Program-made: the position numbers and the translations under genes
In this document: positions 1 to 13,203 of the stretch, piece after piece
Layout: every line of letters starts with the position of its first letter
Position numbering within the stretch: position 1 is the stretch's first letter
The notes under the pieces: model-generated
What the model saw: the letters and a program-made list of their open reading frames with translations, nothing else
Told to the model about the DNA's origin: nothing
Databases searched by the model: none
From: Yuukianura sp. NJ FZ-2021
Lineage: Eukaryota
Reading direction: 5' to 3'
DNA length: 64,000 nt
Assembly (NCBI GenBank): GCA_046563655.1
Contig: JAJCTO010000013.1
Coordinates: forward strand, 310,001 to 374,000

Positions 1-3000
1 TCATACTACCACCTTGCACTTCCAATAAAGCACACATGAGTAACTGGTGTTCAACAATAATCTGGAATTATATTTTAGCCCAACTCCACTATGCAACAAG
101 TGCATAAATCTAACTGTCATTTTGGTATAAACTAATGTGGGAACTATACAACGAAGTTTTAAACATACTGAAAAATGGAATTTATGCCTTGTTATCGCTT
201 ATAACCATCTTCATGGAACGCATCTAATACCGGTCCACTTTGTCGTAGTGCATCAACGACTATTACACACGGTGAACCACTTGTTGTCAGCCTTCATCTT
301 TGAGCTCAAAGGAGAAGTGCCGGTGAAATGACAAGCTCGCCCTCACTACAGATACCAACCAGTACTCATTTTGACACTATGAATCACAATGACTCAGACG
401 GCAATGGAACTTCAGGGGATCCCATTATTACATTTTCTAAATCAAAATCGAACATTCCGCATTATTTGTTATTTTGATTAAAATTGCTAGGAAAGACTTT
501 TTTATGTCATACTACCACCTTGCACTTCCAATAAAGCACACCTGAATAACTGGTGTTCAACAATAATCTGGAATTATATTTTAGCCCAACTCCACTATGC
601 AACAAGTGCATAAATCTAACTGTCATTTTGGTATAAACTAATGTGGGAACTATACAACGAAGTTTTAAACATACTGAAAAATGGAATTTATGCCTTGTTA
701 TCGCTTCTAACCATCTTCATGGAACGCATCTAATACCGGTCCACTTTGTCGTAGTGCATCAACGACTATTAAACACGGTAAACCACTTGTTGTCAGCCTT
801 CATCTTTGAGCACAAAGGAGAAGTGCCGGTGAAATGACAAGCTCGTCCTCACTACAGATACCAACCAGTACTCATTTTGACACTATGAATCACAATGACT
901 CAGACGGCAATGGAACTTCAGGGGAAATCCCATTATTACATTGTCTAAATCAAAATGAAACATTCCGCATTATTTGTTATCTTGATTAGAATTTTTAGGA
1001 AATAATTTTTTATGTCATACTACCACCTTGCACTCCCAATAAAGCACACCTGAATAACTCGTGTTCAACAATAATCTGGAATTATATTTTAGCCCAACTC
1101 CACTATGCAACAAGTGCATAAATCTAACTGTCATTTTGGTATAAACTAATGTGGGAACTATACAACGAAGTTTTAAACATACTGAAAAATGGAATTTATG
1201 CCTTGTTATCGCTTCTAACCATCTTCATGGAACGCATCTAATGCCGGTCCACTTTGTCGTAGTGCATCAACGACTATTACACACGGTGAACCACTTGTTG
1301 TCAGCCTTCATCTTTGAGCACAAAGGAGAAGTGCCGGTGAAATGACAAGCTCGTCCTCACTACAGATACCAACCAGTACTCATTTTGACACTATGAATCA
1401 CAATGACTCAGACGGCAATGGAACTTCAGGGGAAATCCCATTATTACATTGTCTAAATCAAAATCGAACATTCCTCATTATTTGTTATTTTGATTAAAAT
1501 TGTTAGGAAAGACTTTTTTATGTCATACTACCACCTTGCACTTCCAATAAAGCACACATGAGTAACTGGTGTTCAACAATAATCTGGAATTATATTTTAG
1601 CCCAACTCCACTATGCAACAAGTGCATAAATCTAACTGTCATTTTGGTATAAACTAATGTGGGAACTATACAACGAAGTTTTAAACATACTGAAAAATGG
1701 AATTTATGCCTTGTTATCGCTTATAACCATCTTCATGGAACGCATCTAATACCGGTCCACTTTGTCGTAGTGCATCAACGACTATTACACACGGTGAACC
1801 ACTTGTTGTCAGCCTTCATCTTTGAGCTCAAAGGAGAAGTGCCGGTGAAATGACAAGCTCGCCCTCAATACAGATACCAACCAGTACTCATTTTGACACT
1901 ATGAATCACAATGACTCCGACGGCAATGGAATTTTGGGGGATCCCATTATTACATTTTCTAAATCAAAATCGAACATTCCGCATTATTTGTTATTTTGAT
2001 TAAAATTGTTAGGAAAGACTTTTTTATGTCATACTACCACCTTGTACTTCCAATAAAGCACACCTGAGTAACTGGTGTTCAACAATAATCTGGAATTATA
2101 TTTTAGCCCAACTCCACTATGCAACAAGTGCATAAATCTAACTGTCATTTTGGTATAAACTAATGTGGGAACTATACAACGAAGTTTTAAACATACTGAA
2201 AATTGGAATTTATGCCTTTTTATCGCTTATAACCATCTTCATGGAACGCATCTAATACCGGTCCACTTTGTCGTAATGCATCAACGACTACTACACACGG
2301 TGAACCACTTGTTGTCAGCCTTCATCTTTGAGCTCAAAGGAGAAGTGCCGGTGAAATGACAAGCTCGCCCTCAATACAGATACCAACCAGTACTCATTTT
2401 GACACTATGAATCACAATGACTCCGACGGCAATGGAATTTTGGGGATCCCATTATTACATTTTCTAAATCAAAATCGAACATTCCGCATTATTTGTTATT
2501 TTGATAAAAATTGTTAGGAAAGACTTTTTTATGTCATACTACCACCTTGTACTTCCAATAAAGCACACCTGAGTAACTGGTGTTCAACAATAATCTGGAA
2601 TTATATTTTAGCCCAACTCCACTATGCAACAAGTGCATAAATCTAACTGTCATTTTGGTATAAACTATTGTGGGAACTATACAACGAAGTTTTAAACATA
2701 CTGAAAAATGGAATTTATGCCTTGTTATCGCTTATGACCATCTTCATGGAACGCATCTAATACCGGTCCACTTTGTCGTAGTGCATCAACGACTATTACA
2801 CACGGTGAACCACTTGTTGTCAGCCTTCATCTTTGAGCTCAAAGGAGAAGTGCCGGTGAAATGACAAGCTCGCCCTCACTACAGATACCAACCAGTACTC
2901 ATTTTGACACTATGAATCACAATGACTCCGACGGCAATGGAACTTCAGGGGATCCCATTATTACATTTTCTAAATCAAAATCGAACATTCCGCATTATTT

Positions 3001-5000
3001 GTTATTTTGATTAAAATTGTTAGGAAAGACTTTTTTATGTCATACTACCACCTTGCACTTCCAATAAAGCACACCTGAATAACTGGTGTTCAACAATAAT
3101 CTGGAATTATATTTTAGCCCAACTCCACTATGCAACAAGTGCATAAATCTAACTGTCATTTTGGTATAAACTAATGTGGGAACTATACAACGAAGTTTTA
3201 AACATACTGAAAATTGGAATTTATGCCTTGTTATCGCTTATAACCATCTTCATGGAACGCATCTAATACCGGTCCACTTTGTCGTAATGCATCAACGACT
3301 ACTACACACGGTGAACCACTTGTTGTCAGCCTTCATCTTTGAGCTCAAAGGAGAAGTGCCGGTGAAATGACAAGCTCGCCCTCGCTACAGATACCAACCA
3401 GTACTCATTTTGACACTATGAATCACAATGACTCCGACGGCAATGGAACTTCAGGGGATCCCATTATTACATTTTCTAAATCAAAATCGCACATTCCGCA
3501 TTATTTGTTATTTTGATTAAAATTGTCAGGAAAGACTTTTTTATGTCATACTACCACCTTGCACTTCCAATAAAGCACACCTGAGTAACTGGTGTTCAAC
3601 AATAATCTGGAATTATATTTTAGCCCAACTCCACTATGCAACAAGTGCATAAATCTAACTGTCATTTTGGTATAAACTAATGTGGGAACTATACAACGAA
3701 GTTTTAAACATACTGAAAAATGGAATTTATGCCTTGTTATCGCTTATAACCATCTTCATGGAACGCATCTAATACCGGTCCACTTTGTCGTAGTGCATCA
3801 ACGACTATTACACACGGTGAACCACTTGTTGTCAGCCTTCATCTTTGAGCTCAAAGGAGAAGTGCCGGTGAAATGACAAGCTCGCCCTCACTACAGATAC
3901 CAACCAGTACTCATTTTGACACTATGAATCACAATGACTCCGACGGCAATGGAACTTCAGGGGAAATCCCATTATTACATTTTCTAAATCAAAATCGAAC
4001 ATTCAGCATTATTTGTTATTTTGATTAAAATTGTTAGGAAAGACTTTTTTATGTCATACTACCACCTTGCACTTCCAATAAAGCACACCTGAATAACTGG
4101 TGTTCAACAATAATCTGGAATTATATTTTAGCCCAACTCCACTATGCAACAAGTGCATAAATCTAACTGTCATTTTGGTATAAACTAATGTGGGAACTAT
4201 ACAACGAAGTTTTAAACATACTGAAAAATGGAATTTATGCCTTGTTATCGCTTATAACCATCTTCATGGAACGCATCTAATACCGGTCCACTTTGTCGTA
4301 GTGCATCAACGACTATTACACACGGTGAACCACTTGTTGTCAGCCTTCATCTTTGAGCTCAAAGGAGAAGTGCCGGTGAAATGACAAGCTCGCCCTCACT
4401 ACAGATACCAACCAGTACTCATTTTGACACTATGAATCACAATGACTCAGACGGCAATGGAACTTCAGGGGAAATCCCATTATTACATTGTCTAAATCAA
4501 AATCGAACATTCCGCATTATTTGTTATCTTGATTAGAATTTTTAGGAAAGACTTTTTTATGTCATACTACCACCTTGCACTTCCAATAAAGCACACCTGA
4601 ATAACTGGTGTTCAACAATAATCTGGAATTATATTTTAGCCCAACTCCACTATGCAACAAGTGCATAAATCTAACTGTCATTTTGGTATAAACTAATGTG
4701 GGAACTATACAACGAAGTTTTAAACATACTGAAAAATGGAATTTATGCCTTGTTATCGCTTATAACCATCTTCATGGAACGCATCTAATACCGGTCCACT
4801 TTGTCGTAGTGCATCAACGACTATTACACACGGTGAACCACTTGTTGTCAGCCTTCATCTTTGAGCACAAAGGAGAAGTGCCGGTGAAATGACAAGCTCG
4901 TCCTCACTACAGATACCAACCAGTACTCATTTTGACACTATGAATCACAATGACTCAGACGGCAATGGAACTTCAGGGGAAATCCCATTATTACATTGTC
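1..5000. repeat. Left diverged layer of the 508-bp satellite (boundary approximate)
   Basis: Most monomers carry GCTTATAAC, GAGCTCAAAG, CGCCCTC, ATTTTCT, ATCGAAC and AAAGACTTT, and several have the 2-bp shorter GGGGATCCC (505-506-bp units). These grade into core alleles by about 5 kb. Confidence 0.8.
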
Positions 5001-5498
5001 TAAATCAAAATGAAACATTCCGCATTATTTGTTATCTTGATTAAAATTTTTAGGAAAGACTTTTTTATGTCATACTACCACCTTGCACTTCCAATAAAGC
5101 ACACCTGAATAACTGGTGTTCAACAATAATCTGGAATTATATTTTAGCCCAACTCCACTATGCAACAAGTGCATAAATCTAACTGTCATTTTGGTATAAA
5201 CTAATGTGGGAACTATACAACGAAGTTTTAAACATACTGAAAAATGGAATTTATGCCTTGTTATCGCTTCTAACCATCTTCATGGAACGCATCTAATACC
5301 GGTCCACTTTGTCGTAGTGCATCAACGACTATTACACACGGTGAACCACTTGTTGTCAGCCTTCATCTTTGAGCACAAAGGAGAAGTGCCGGTGAAATGA
5401 CAAGCTCGTCCTCACTACAGATACCAACCAGTACTCATTTTGACACTATGAATCACAATGACTCCGACGGCAATGGAACTTCGGGGGATCCCATTATT

Positions 5499-5531
5499 AA
5501 GATAGGGAAGCTGTCTTTATGTTCGGATTGA

Positions 5532-5572
<41 letters not shown>

Positions 5573-5627
5573 GGGTAACCCATTTATCTCGGAAACTACT
5601 GGACAGATTTCATTCCGGTTTTCACCA
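5499..5627 (+). mobile_element. 5' fragment of a non-autonomous Helentron/DINE-1-like (HINE) element
   Basis: Non-satellite sequence starts AAGATAG right after satellite CCCATTATT, followed by a short imperfect inverted repeat (AAGATAG..CTGTCTT), (GTCT)10 at 5533-5572, then ATCTCGGAAACTACTGGACAGATTT. A subTIR + IR + GTCY microsatellite layout is characteristic of DINE-1/HINE elements. Nearly identical to 7647-7756. Confidence 0.65.
5533..5572 (+). repeat. (GTCT)10 microsatellite
   Basis: Directly visible. A second copy at about 7660-7699 has one GCCT variant. Confidence 0.97.
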
Positions 5628-6631
5628 ATCAAGCACATCTGAATAACTGGTGTTCAACAATAATCTGGAATTATATTTTAGCCCAACTCCACTATGCAAC
5701 AAGTGCATAGGTCTAACTGTCATTTTGGTATAAACTAATGTGGGAACTATACAACGAAGTTTTAAACATACTGAAAAATGGAATTTATGCCTTGTGTACA
5801 TCGCTTCTAACCATCTTCATGGAACGCATCTAATACCGGTCCACTTTGTCGTAGTGCATCAACGACTATTACACACGGTGAACCACTTGTTGTCAGCCTT
5901 CATCTTTGAGCACAAAGGAGAAGTGCCGGTGAAATGAGAACCCACCCCCTCACTACAGATGGACCAACCAGTACTCATTTTGACACTATGAATCACAATG
6001 ACTCAGACGGCAATGGAACTTCAGGGGAAATCCCATTATTACATTGTCTAAATCAAAATGAAACATTCCGCATTATTTGTTATCTTGATTAGAATTTTTA
6101 GGAAATAATTTTTTATGTCATACTACCACCTTGCACTTCCAATAAAGCACACCTGAATAACTGGTGTTCAACAATAATCTGGAATTATATTTTAGCCCAA
6201 CTCCACTATGCAACAAGTGCATAAATCTAACTGTCATTTTGGTATAAACTAATGTGGGAACTATACAACGAAGTTTTAAACATACTGAAAAATGGAATTT
6301 ATGCCTTGTTATCGCTTCTAACCATCTTCATGGAACGCATCTAATACCGGTCCACTTTGTCGTAGTGCATCAACGACTATTACACACGGTGAACCACTTG
6401 TTGTCAGCCTTCATCTTTGAGCACAAAGGAGAAGTGCCGGTGAAATGACAAGCTCGTCCTCACTACAGATACCAACCAGTACTCATTTTGACACTATGAA
6501 TCACAATGACTCAGACGGCAATGGAACTTCAGGGGAAATCCCATTATTACATTGTCTAAATCAAAATGAAACATTCCGCATTATTTGTTATCTTGATTAG
6601 AATTTTTAGGAAAGACTTTTTTATGTCATAC

Positions 6632-6852
6632 TATATATATATATATATAAAGCACACCTGAATAACTGGTGTTCAACAATAATCTGGAATTATATTTTAG
6701 CCCAACTCCACTATGCAACAAGTGCATAAATCTAACTGTCATTTCTGAGCAAACACACATTATGATAATCTGAATGTTATCACCCTACGGAGGTCGTCCG
6801 TATTTCGATAAACAAATCAGATTGAAAAATGGAGTGTTTTTTGCTTATGCCT
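6632..6852. other. Foreign patches in a satellite monomer: (TA)9 tract and ~100 bp of unique sequence
   Basis: (TA)n at 6632-6649 replaces CCACCTTGCACTTCCA. 6745-6852 (CTGAGCAAACACACATTATG...) replaces the monomer segment after GTCATTT. Further small substitutions and insertions occur at 7059-7167. Origin not identifiable. Confidence 0.75.
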
Positions 6853-7646
6853 GGTATCGCTTCTAACCATCTTCATGGAACGCATCTAATACCGGTCCAC
6901 TTTGTCGTAGTGCATCAACGACTATTACACACGGTGAACCACTTGTTGTCAGCCTTCATCTTTGAGCACAAAGGAGAAGTGCCGGTGAAATGACAAGCTC
7001 GTCCTCACTACAGATACCAACCAGTACTCATTTTGACACTATGAATCACAATGACTCAGCTTCGGCAATGGAACTTCACGGGAAATCCCATTATTCCATT
7101 GACTGGGTGCGAATCAAAATGAAACATTCCGCATTATTTGTTATCTTGATTAGAATTTTTAGGAGCCAATTTTTTATGTCATACTACCACCTTGCACTTC
7201 CAATAAAGCACACCTGAATAACTGGTGTTCAACAATAATCTGGAATTATATTTTAGCCCAACTCCACTATGCAACAAGTGCATAAATCTAACTGTCATTT
7301 TGGTATAAACTAATGTGGGAACTATACAACGAAGTTTTAAACATACTGAAAAATGGAATTTATGCCTTGTTATCGCTTCTAACCATCTTCATGGAACGCA
7401 TCTAATACCGGTCCACTTTGTCGTAGTGCATCAACGACTATTACACACGGTGAACCACTTGTTGTCAGCCTTCATCTTTGAGCACAAAGGAGAAGTGCCG
7501 GTGAAATGACAAGCTCGTCCTCACTACAGATACCAACCAGTACTCATTTTGACACTATGAATCACAATGACTCAGACGGCAATGGAACTTTAGGAGAAAT
7601 CCCATTATTACATTGTCTAAATCAAAATGAAACATTCCGCATTATT

Positions 7647-7666
7647 TGTTCGGATTGATGTCTGCC

Positions 7667-7699
<33 letters not shown>

Positions 7700-8209
7700 G
7701 GGTAACCCATTTTTATCTCGGAAACTACTGGACAGATTTCATTCCGGTTTTCACCATGCAACATCTCATGAACCGGACATGATCACTATTCTGGAATTAT
7801 AATCCCGGTAGCTCAACTCCATCCGGGTCAAAAGTGCAAGGTCAACCGGTTTTATCCCCGGTAACTTGCAAAATGACCTCTACAAAAGTTGTTAATCTCG
7901 TCGAGACGAACAACTCTTGTGTACATCACATGACCCAAAGTGACCTCCTTCTGGGTCAAAGGTCAACTTTTTTCCATTTTAGTGTCCTGTTAGCGGGGAA
8001 GTGGGGGGAACACACGCCCACAAAGCCATGAGAACCCACCCCCACACCACCGGGGGACCCACCCCTACACCCCGGGGAACCCAGCACCACACACCCGGGG
8101 GAACCTACTCCTAACATCCGGGGGGAACCCACCGCCACACCCCGGGGAAACCCACCTCCAACACCTTATCGCTGAGCTATCTTGATTACATGCGGTTTAC
8201 AACCGGTTT
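7647..8209 (+). mobile_element. Body and 3' end of the same HINE/DINE-1-like element
   Basis: (GTCT)n, then unique core, then GC-rich ~23-bp tandem repeats (8030-8165), then CTATCTT at 8177-8183 (reverse complement of the AAGATAG start at 5499), then the 3' hairpin CGGTT-TAC-AACCG (8193-8205) and TTT. It rejoins satellite at ATTACATTTTCT. Confidence 0.7.
8030..8165 (+). repeat. GC-rich minisatellite, about 5 degenerate ~23-bp units (ACCCACC..CACACCCGGGGA)
   Basis: CCGGGG(G)(A)ACC cores at about 8050, 8072, 8095, 8118 and 8142, separated by C/A-rich spacers. Confidence 0.85.
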
Positions 8210-11200
8210 ATTACATTTTCTAAATCAAAATGAAACATTCCGCATTATTTGTTATCTTGATTAGAATTTTTAGGAAAGACTTTTTTATGTCATACTACCA
8301 CCTTGCACTTCCAATAAAGCACAACTGAATAACTGGTGTTCAACAATAATCTGGAATTATATTTTAGCCCAACTCCACTATGCAACAAGTGCATAAACCT
8401 AACTGTCATTTTGGTATAAACTAATGTGGGAACTATACAACGAAGTTTTAAACATACTGAAAAATGGAATTTATGCCTTGTTATCGCTTCTAACCATCTT
8501 CATGGAACGCATCTAATACCGGTCCACTTTGTCGTAGTGCATCAACGACTATTACACACGGTGAACCACTTGTTGTCAGCCTTCATCTTTGAGCACAAAG
8601 GAGAAGTGCCGGTGAAATGACAAGCTCGTCCTCACTACAGATACCAACCAGTACTCATTTTGACACTATGAATCACAATGACTCAGACGGCAATGGAACT
8701 TCAGGGGAAATCCCATTATTACATTGTCTAAATCAAAATGAAACATTCCGCATTATTTGTTATCTTGATTAGAATTTTTAGGAAATAATTTTTTATGTCA
8801 TACTACCACCTTGCACTTCCAATAAAGCACACCTGAATAACTGGTGTTCAACAATAATCTGGAATTATATTTTAGCCCAACTCCACTATGCAACAAGTGC
8901 ATAAATCTAACTGTCATTTTGGTATAAACTAATGTGGGAACTATACAACGAAGTTTTAAACATACTGAAAAATGGAATTTATGCCTTGTTATCGCTTCTA
9001 ACCATCTTCATGGAACGCATCTAATACCGGTCCACTTTGTCGTAGTGCATCAACGACTATTACACACGGTGAACCACTTGTTGTCAGCCTTCATCTTTGA
9101 GCACAAAGGAGAAGTGCCGGTGAAATGACAAGCTCGTCCTCACTACAGATACCAACCAGTACTCATTTTGACACTATGAATCACAATGACTCAGACGGCA
9201 ATGGAACTTCAGGGGAAATCCCATTATTACATTGTCTAAATCAAAATGAAACATTCCGCATTATTTGTTATCTTGATTAGAATTTTTAGGAAATAATTTT
9301 TTATGTCGTACAACCACCTTGCACTTCCAATAAAGCACACCTGAATAACTGGTGTTCAACAATAATCTGGAATTATATTTTAGCCCAACTCCACTATGCA
9401 ACAAGTGCATAAATCTAACTGTCATTTTGGTATAAACTAATGTGGGAACTATACAACGAAGTTTTAAACATACTGAAAAATGGAATTTATGCCTTGTTAT
9501 CGCTTCTAACCATCTTCATGGAACGCATCTAATACCGGTCCACTTTGTCGTAGTGCATCAACGACTATTACACACGGTGAACCACTTGTTGTCAGCCTTC
9601 ATCTTTGAGCACAAAGGAGAAGTGCCGGTGAAATGACAAGCTCGTCCTCACTACAGATACCAACCAGTACTCATTTTGACACTATGAATCACAATGACTC
9701 AGACGGCAATGGAACTTCAGGGAAATCCCATTATTACATTGTCTAAATCAAAATGAAACATTCCGCATTATTTGTTATCTTGATTAGAATTTTTAGGAAA
9801 TAATTTTTTATGTCATACTACCACCTTGCACTTCCAATAAAGCACACCTGAATAACTGGTGTTCAACAATAATCTGGAATTATATTTTAGCCCAACTCCA
9901 CTATGCAACAAGTGCATAAATCTAACTGTCATTTTGGTATAAACTAATGTGGGAACTATACAACGAAGTTTTAAACATACTGAAAAATGGAATTTATGCC
10001 TTGTTATCGCTTCTAACCATCTTCATGGAACGCATCTAATACCGGTCCACTTTGTCGTAGTGCATCAACGACTATTACACACGGTGAACCACTTGTTGTC
10101 AGCCTTCATCTTTGAGCACAAAGGAGAAGTGCCGGTGAAATGACAAGCTCGTCCTCACTACAGATACCAACCAGTACTCATTTTGACACTATGAATCACA
10201 ATGACTCAGACGGCAATGGAACTTCAGGGGAAATCCCATTATTACATTGTCTAAATCAAAATGAAACATTCCGCATTATTTGTTATCTTGATTAGAATTT
10301 TTAGGAAATAATTTTTTATGTCATACTACCACCTTGCACTTCCAATAAAGCACACCTGAATAACTGGTGTTCAACAATAATCTGGAATTATATTTTAGCC
10401 CAACTCCACTATGCAACAAGTGCATAAATCTAACTGTCATTTTGGTATAAACTAATGTGGGAACTATACAACGAAGTTTTAAACATACTGAAAAATGGAA
10501 TTTATGCCTTGTTATCGCTTCTAACCATCTTCATGGAACGCATCTAATACCGGTCCACTTTGTCGTAGTGCATCAACGACTATTACACACGGTGAACCAC
10601 TTGTTGTCAGCCTTCATCTTTGAGCACAAAGGAGAAGTGCCGGTGAAATGACAAGCTCGTCCTCACTACAGATACCAACCAGTACTCATTTTGACACTAT
10701 GAATCACAATGACTCAGACGGCAATGGAACTTCAGGGGAAATCCCATTATTACATTGTCTAAATCAAAATGAAACATTCCGCATTATTTGTTATCTTGAT
10801 TAGAATTTTTAGGAAATAATTTTTTATGTCATACTACCACCTTGCACTTCCAATAAAGCACACCTGAATAACTGGTGTTCAACAATAATCTGGAATTATA
10901 TTTTAGCCCAACTCCACTATGCAACAAGTGCATAAATCTAACTGTCATTTTGGTATAAACTAATGTGGGAACTATACAACGAAGTTTTAAACATACTGAA
11001 AAATGGAATTTATGCCTTGTTATCGCTTCTAACCATCTTCATGGAACGCATCTAATACCGGTCCACTTTGTCGTAGTGCATCAACGACTATTACACACGG
11101 TGAACCACTTGTTGTCAGCCTTCATCTTTGAGCACAAAGGAGAAGTGCCGGTGAAATGACAAGCTCGTCCTCACTACAGATACCAACCAGTACTCATTTT

Positions 11201-12992
11201 GACACTATGAATCACAATGACTCAGACGGCAATGGAACTTCAGGAGAAATCCCATTATTACATTGTCTAAATCAAAATGAAACATTCCGCATTATTTGTT
11301 ATCTTGATTAGAATTTTTAGGAAATAATTTTTTATGTCATACTACCACCTTGCACTTCCAATAAAGCACACCTGAATAACTGGTGTTCAACAATAATCTG
11401 GAATTATATTTTAGCCCAACTCCACTATGCAACAAGTGCATAAATCTAACTGTCATTTTGGTATAAACTAATGTGGGAACTATACAACGAAGTTTTAAAC
11501 ATACTGAAAAATGGAATTTATGCCTTGTTATCGCTTCTAACCATCTTCATGGAACGCATCTAATACCGGTCCACTTTGTCGTAGTGCATCAACGACTATT
11601 ACACACGGTGAACCACTTGTTGTCAGCCTTCATCTTTGAGCACAAAGGAGAAGTGCCGGTGAAATGACAAGCTCGTCCTCACTACAGATACCAACCAGTA
11701 CTCATTTTGACACTATGAATCACAATGACTCAGACGGCAATGGAACTTCAGGGGAAATCCCATTATTACATTGTCTAAATCAAAATGAAACATTCCGCAT
11801 TATTTGTTATCTTGATTAGAATTTTTAGGAAATAATTTTTTATGTCGTACAACCACCCTGCACTTCCAATAAAGCACACCTGAATAACTGGTGTTCAACA
11901 ATAATCTGGAATTATATTTTAGCCCAACTCCACTATGCAACAAGTGCATAAATCTAACTGTCATTTTGGTATAAACTAATGTGGGAACTATACAACGAAG
12001 TTTTAAACATACTGAAAAATGGAATTTATGCCTTGTTATCGCTTCTAACCATCTTCATGGAACGCATCTAATACCGGTCCACTTTGTCGTAGTGCATCAA
12101 CGACTATTACACACGGTGAACCACTTGTTGTCAGCCTTCATCTTTGAGCACAAAGGAGAAGTGCCGGTGAAATGACAAGCTCGTCCTCACTACAGATACC
12201 AACCAGTACTCATTTTGACACTATGAATCACAATGACTCAGACGGCAATGGAACTTCAGGGGAAATCCCATTATTACATTGTCTAAATCAAAATGAAACA
12301 TTCCGCATTATTTGTTATCTTGATTAGAATTTTTAGGAAATAATTTTTTATGTCATACTACCACCTTGCACTTCCAATAAAGCACACCTGAATAACTGGT
12401 GTTCAACAATAATCTGGAATTATATTTTAGCCCAACTCCACTATGCAACAAGTGCATAAATCTAACTGTCATTTTGGTATAAACTAATGTGGGAACTATA
12501 CAACGAAGTTTTAAACATACTGAAAAATGGAATTTATGCCTTGTTATCGCTTCTAACCATCTTCATGGAACGCATCTAATACCGGTCCACTTTGTCGTAG
12601 TGCATCAACGACTATTACACACGGTGAACCACTTGTTGTCAGCCTTCATCTTTGAGCACAAAGGAGAAGTGCCGGTGAAATGACAAGCTCGTCCTCACTA
12701 CAGATACCAACCAGTACTCATTTTGACACTATGAATCACAATGACTCAGACGGCAATGGAACTTCAGGGGAAATCCCATTATTACATTGTCTAAATCAAA
12801 ATGAAACATTCCGCATTATTTGTTATCTTGATTAGAATTTTTAGGAAATAATTTTTTATGTCGTACAACCACCCTGCACTTCCAATAAAGCACACCTGAA
12901 TAACTGGTGTTCAACAATAATCTGGAATTATATTTTAGCCCAACTCCACTATGCAACAAGTGCATAAATCTAACTGTCATTTTGGTATAAAC

Positions 12993-13203
12993 TGTAGCAC
13001 ACCCCATACACAGCACCCATCTCACCCCTCATAGGCTAAGCATAGGCTACTGCACATACATTCATTCCATTCATTCACTCAGTCTGAATAAAGCTCTGCT
13101 TCTATCATCATCTGCTCTGTCTGTCTCTCTACGGCCACTCATTCCATCATCATCATCATCCAGCACCGTTAGGTCAGAGGTCACCCAGCATCCTACCGGC
13201 ACA
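12993..13203 (+). mobile_element. 211-bp solo-LTR-like insertion, full copy 1
   Basis: Starts TGTAG and ends GCACA (TGT...ACA termini), flanked by the direct repeat AAAC (12989-12992 and 13204-13207), with internal AATAAA at 13087-13092. Monomer spacing is 723 = 508+211+4. TG..CA ends with a 4-bp TSD fit Gypsy-type LTR retrotransposons. Confidence 0.8.

Noticed and set aside
126..227. TATAAA followed by an ATG-initiated 30-aa hydrophobic ORF (MWELYNEVLNILKNGIYALLSL(I/L)TIFMERI) and a downstream AATAAA in each monomer
   Set aside because: The TATA motif is only 3 bp from the ATG, too close for a promoter. These motifs are expected by chance in AT-rich DNA, and variants change amino acids freely.
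360..705. Possible ancient ~250-bp dimer substructure in the 508-bp monomer (repeated TCATTTTG, AATGGAA, TTGTTAT, CACTATG)
   Set aside because: Offsets between the matching words are inconsistent (about 215-280 bp) and their order is not fully colinear.
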